A DNA stretch of 62,310 nucleotides, the filler included. It is 6 parts of 6 records of this genome, joined end to end, with 100 filler letters (N's around TTAATTAATTAA, not from the genome) between each part and the next. Parts side by side here need not be neighbours in the genome. Positions count along the whole stretch, not along the records: positions 56,317 to 62,310 come from SRR31156797_15355; 5 more parts are not named here. The stretch is one strand, 5' to 3'. Shown here in pieces: positions 59,426 to 62,310 of the stretch (within the stretch, counting starts at the first letter, position 1; each line of letters begins with the position of its first letter). The notes under the pieces are model-generated. The model did no database searches. It was not told where the DNA came from and was given only the letters and a program-made list of their open reading frames with translations. The position numbers were made by a program, and so were the translations under genes.

Positions 59426-61114
59426 TCAGGATATCTTTTCATCAACTACTTTAAGGATCTTTTCTGCGTCTGCATCAAGCTTTTCAAGAACGGCGTTCAT
59501 AGTTTCAACAGTTTCGCTGTAAAAAGGATCGTTCTTTTCAAAGTTCATAAGGTTGATCTTGACGTTAAGTGCGGCACCTTTAACTCCTGACTGAACAAGA
59601 AGTGCACCAACACCGGCATCACTGACTGCATTTGAATTTCCACTCATTGCAACGACTTCAAGTACAGGAAGAAGCTCAGCAGTTTTTTCAAGAACTCTAA
59701 GTGGAACTGAGATCGCATACTGATTTGCTTCATAAACATTTTTTGCAGCTTTTTCGATCTTAGCAGCATCTTTGCCCTTTTTGGCTTTATTTTCAGCTTT
59801 AGAAGCCGCCATCATGATATTAAAAGCAGCTGTATCTTCATCAATGAGGTCAAGAAGTTCAGCTTTTGCAACCTGCATTTTCTTTGCAACTTCGTTCATC
59901 TGATCATTATGCTGTTTATATCCTTTTTTATTAAATGTGAGATTAGCGACCATTGCACCAAGAGACGCTGCTAAAGATCCGCAAAGAGCAGCTACTGAAC
60001 CGCCGCCAGGAGCAGGAGCATCACTTGCAAGAAGATCAGCAAAACCACTTACTGTCTGATCAACAAGACCCTCTTCCTCTTTTACCATGTACTCAATGAT
60101 CTTTTCTTCAGGCTTAAACTCAGCTGCATCGCTAAGTCCAAGTGACTGAGCAGCTATCTTGATGATCTCTTCCTCGCTCTGACCGGCACATGAATTTGCT
60201 TTTTCAAGATAGTGAATTCCTGCATCAATAAGAGATTTTTTAGGAACAACACCAACTATTTCACTTCCTGTAATTCTCAGTCCTCTTTTCGTTGCGATCT
60301 CACTGGCAGCATCAAATACATGATGCATGTTGGTTATATTATAATTAGTCAGATTTATTGAGATCTGAGCTCTTTTAAAATCATCAACATACCAGCCGAT
60401 AGCCTTACAATTCTTAAAAAGACCGGGAAGCATTACCTTATTTCCATTTTCATCCTTAACGATGTCTCCCTTATCATCTCTTTTTGCATATCCCTGCTCA
60501 CGAAGTCTAAAAGCAATGTAGTTAGCTTTTTTAGGATTTACTGAGTTGAGATTCAGGTTGTAAGCCACAAGAAATTCTCTTGCTGAAACTGCTGTAGCAC
60601 CTTTTGTCGGTCTAAAATCTGCAGGGCCGGCATCCGGTTTCCACTGCGGATCTTTAAGTCTTGCTTCAAGACCTTCATATTCACCAGCTCTAACCTTTGC
60701 GAGATTCTGTCTTTCAGGGCTCGTTGCAGCATATTCATAGAAATAAACAGGAAAATCGAGCTCTTCACCAAGTTTCTTTCCAAGGTCTCTTGCGATCTCC
60801 ACACATTCTTCCATTGTAACATCGCTTACAGGAATTACAGGGCATACATCACATGCACCGAATCTTGGATGAGCACCTTTATGTTTGGTCATATCAATAA
60901 GTTCATGAGCTTTCTTAACAGCATTAAAAGCAGCTTTTTTAACCGGTTCAGGAGCACCGACCATTGTTACAACTGTTCTATTTGTGTCATAACCAGGGTC
61001 AACATCAAGAAGTTTCACGCCTTTCACTTTTTTGATCTCATCAATGATCTTGTCAATAACTGTAAGATCTCTGCCTTCTGAAAAATTCGGAACACATTCA
61101 ATAATCTTTGCCAT
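59426..61114 (-). CDS. ftcD: Glutamate formimidoyltransferase-cyclodeaminase (fused)
   Basis: IIECVPNFSEGR, HPRFGACDV, AREFLVAYN, APAPGGGSVAA. Confidence 0.93.
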   Translation of the reverse strand: MAKIIECVPNFSEGRDLTVIDKIIDEIKKVKGVKLLDVDPGYDTNRTVVTMVGAPEPVKKAAFNAVKKAHELIDMTKHKGAHPRFGACDVCPVIPVSDVTMEECVEIARDLGKKLGEELDFPVYFYEYAATSPERQNLAKVRAGEYEGLEARLKDPQWKPDAGPADFRPTKGATAVSAREFLVAYNLNLNSVNPKKANYIAFRLREQGYAKRDDKGDIVKDENGNKVMLPGLFKNCKAIGWYVDDFKRAQISINLTNYNITNMHHVFDAASEIATKRGLRITGSEIVGVVPKKSLIDAGIHYLEKANSCAGQSEEEIIKIAAQSLGLSDAAEFKPEEKIIEYMVKEEEGLVDQTVSGFADLLASDAPAPGGGSVAALCGSLAASLGAMVANLTFNKKGYKQHNDQMNEVAKKMQVAKAELLDLIDEDTAAFNIMMAASKAENKAKKGKDAAKIEKAAKNVYEANQYAISVPLRVLEKTAELLPVLEVVAMSGNSNAVSDAGVGALLVQSGVKGAALNVKINLMNFEKNDPFYSETVETMNAVLEKLDADAEKILKVVDEKIS

Positions 61115-61309
61115 TTCTTACTCCTTTCAACCTATTAAAAATGTTAACTGAACCAATTCCACAAGAGAGTATAAATTCAATGATTTTGTGTCAAGAAAAC
61201 AAAACAATATTACACGCGCCAATTATTTACTGTTTTCAATTGATATTTAAAAGACCTTTTGTATAATCCATGTTAGTGTTGTGCTTTGAGATACATTCTG
61301 GAGGAAAAA

Positions 61310-62310
61310 ATGAGAAAAACCACAGTTGTGACTTTTTTGGCCGTACTTGCATTGCTTTTGGGCTCCTGTGCAATCAGTGACGATATTGGTGACGATTCCC
61401 AAAACAACGTAAATGATGACAAGAACACTGTCAATGATGATAATGGTGAAACACAAACTGATGACAATGAAAAACCTGATTCAGTTGAGGAAAAAGTTGA
61501 TATTGATGAGACTGAGATCTTTGTTGAGTGCACTCCCGGAGACACAAAAGAATGTTACGAAGGACCAAGTAACGCAAAAAACGTCGGCGCATGTAAAGCA
61601 GGGATCGCAACATGTGTAGTTGATGGAACTGACTGGTCTGAATGTGTTGGGCAGGTCCTGCCAACTGCTGAAATATGCGGCGATGACATAGATCAGGACT
61701 GTGATGGCGAAGATATGACAACAGCAAACGCAATTGATATTGACGGTGATGGATACACTTATTGTGACGGTGACTGCTGTGAAACTTCTTGGGATTGCAG
61801 AGGTGAACCGGAAAAGGTAAATCCGGGTTCTACTGAATTTGACGACAACACCATTGATGACAACTGTAACGGTGAAGTTGATGAAACAATAGTTTGTGAC
61901 GAAGGCTTAACACTTCAAAATGACGACTATCCTGGAAATGCTGTAAAACTTGCAAAAGGAATGGGGGTCTGTGAAGGACTTATAAAAGCTGAACTCTCTC
62001 TTGCCGGTGATCCTGTTGCTGAAATGATAGATGACAACCCTAATGCATGTGATGGCGATTCATGTAACTATAACCCATCCAGCAGAAATAGTTTAGAGAT
62101 GCCTTACTATGACAACAACTACAAAACTTTTGCTGTTGAATCTCAGTTTGGAGATGCAATGATGCCGCTTGAAGGAAAAGCTCTTTCAATTCTCTCAACT
62201 GCTGACTGGGACAATCCAACAACAAATGCATCTGTGGCAACTCTTGATGCAGGTGACATGAAAACATCAAGCACGGTCCCTTCCGACTGGATCAACATGA
62301 TGGTCAACTG
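61310..62310 (+). CDS. Cys-rich lipoprotein with MopE-related metal-binding repeats, 3'-truncated (absent from ORF track)
   Basis: SD GGAGG, ATG 61310, MRKTTVVTFLAVLALLLGSC lipobox, acidic linker, EICGDDIDQDCDG, DIDGDGY, VNPGSTE..NTIDDNCNGEVDE; open to window end. Confidence 0.85.
   Translation, partial: MRKTTVVTFLAVLALLLGSCAISDDIGDDSQNNVNDDKNTVNDDNGETQTDDNEKPDSVEEKVDIDETEIFVECTPGDTKECYEGPSNAKNVGACKAGIATCVVDGTDWSECVGQVLPTAEICGDDIDQDCDGEDMTTANAIDIDGDGYTYCDGDCCETSWDCRGEPEKVNPGSTEFDDNTIDDNCNGEVDETIVCDEGLTLQNDDYPGNAVKLAKGMGVCEGLIKAELSLAGDPVAEMIDDNPNACDGDSCNYNPSSRNSLEMPYYDNNYKTFAVESQFGDAMMPLEGKALSILSTADWDNPTTNASVATLDAGDMKTSSTVPSDWINMMVN

Noticed and set aside
3791-62270. Many short ORFs nested in or antisense to long genes (e.g. 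13742-14101, 20067-20375, 27692-28069, 46417-46716, 61413-61619)
   Set aside because: Shadow frames of well-supported genes with no recognisable motifs

Overview
The window is not one locus. It is six unrelated contigs joined by five artificial 100-bp spacers (44 N + TTAATTAATTAA + 44 N); taxonomic labels below are inferred from gene content and promoter style. (1) 1-27143, Bacteroidota: partial rluF, a 2519-aa T9SS-secreted M4 protease, AI-2E transporter, CCA-type enzyme, two thioredoxins, two ThiE-family genes, a TPP-class riboswitch before a TonB-dependent receptor, xseB, two sensor kinases, mdh. (2) 27244-38856, AT-rich Arcobacter-like: tatC, queA, exonuclease, tandem NSS transporters, DEAD-box helicase, mltC, comEC, partial ovoA. 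(3) 38957-44310, Bacteroidota: trpA, LanF/BcrA-type ABC transporter with divergent LytS/LytTR pair, REP-like palindromes. (4) 44411-49920, Bacteroidota: tRNA 5' end, LruC-domain lipoprotein, folB, glnS. (5) 50021-56216, low-GC anaerobe: sugar ABC transporter, NifU-like protein, GH38 mannosidase, start of uxaC. (6) 56317-62310, unidentified bacterium: FGE-domain lipoprotein, nitroreductase, FMN-binding/4Fe-4S membrane protein, ftcD, Cys-rich lipoprotein. The most notable observations are a non-coding array with nested 7/21/147-bp periodicity (488-821), a TPP-class riboswitch whose pyrophosphate-sensing loop has collapsed to one mismatch, a DEAD-box helicase that apparently starts at ATA, a W-M-x5-W repeat membrane protein, and a three-Cys NifU-like gene inside a mannosidase operon. 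No CRISPR array, integrase, transposase or reverse transcriptase was seen.
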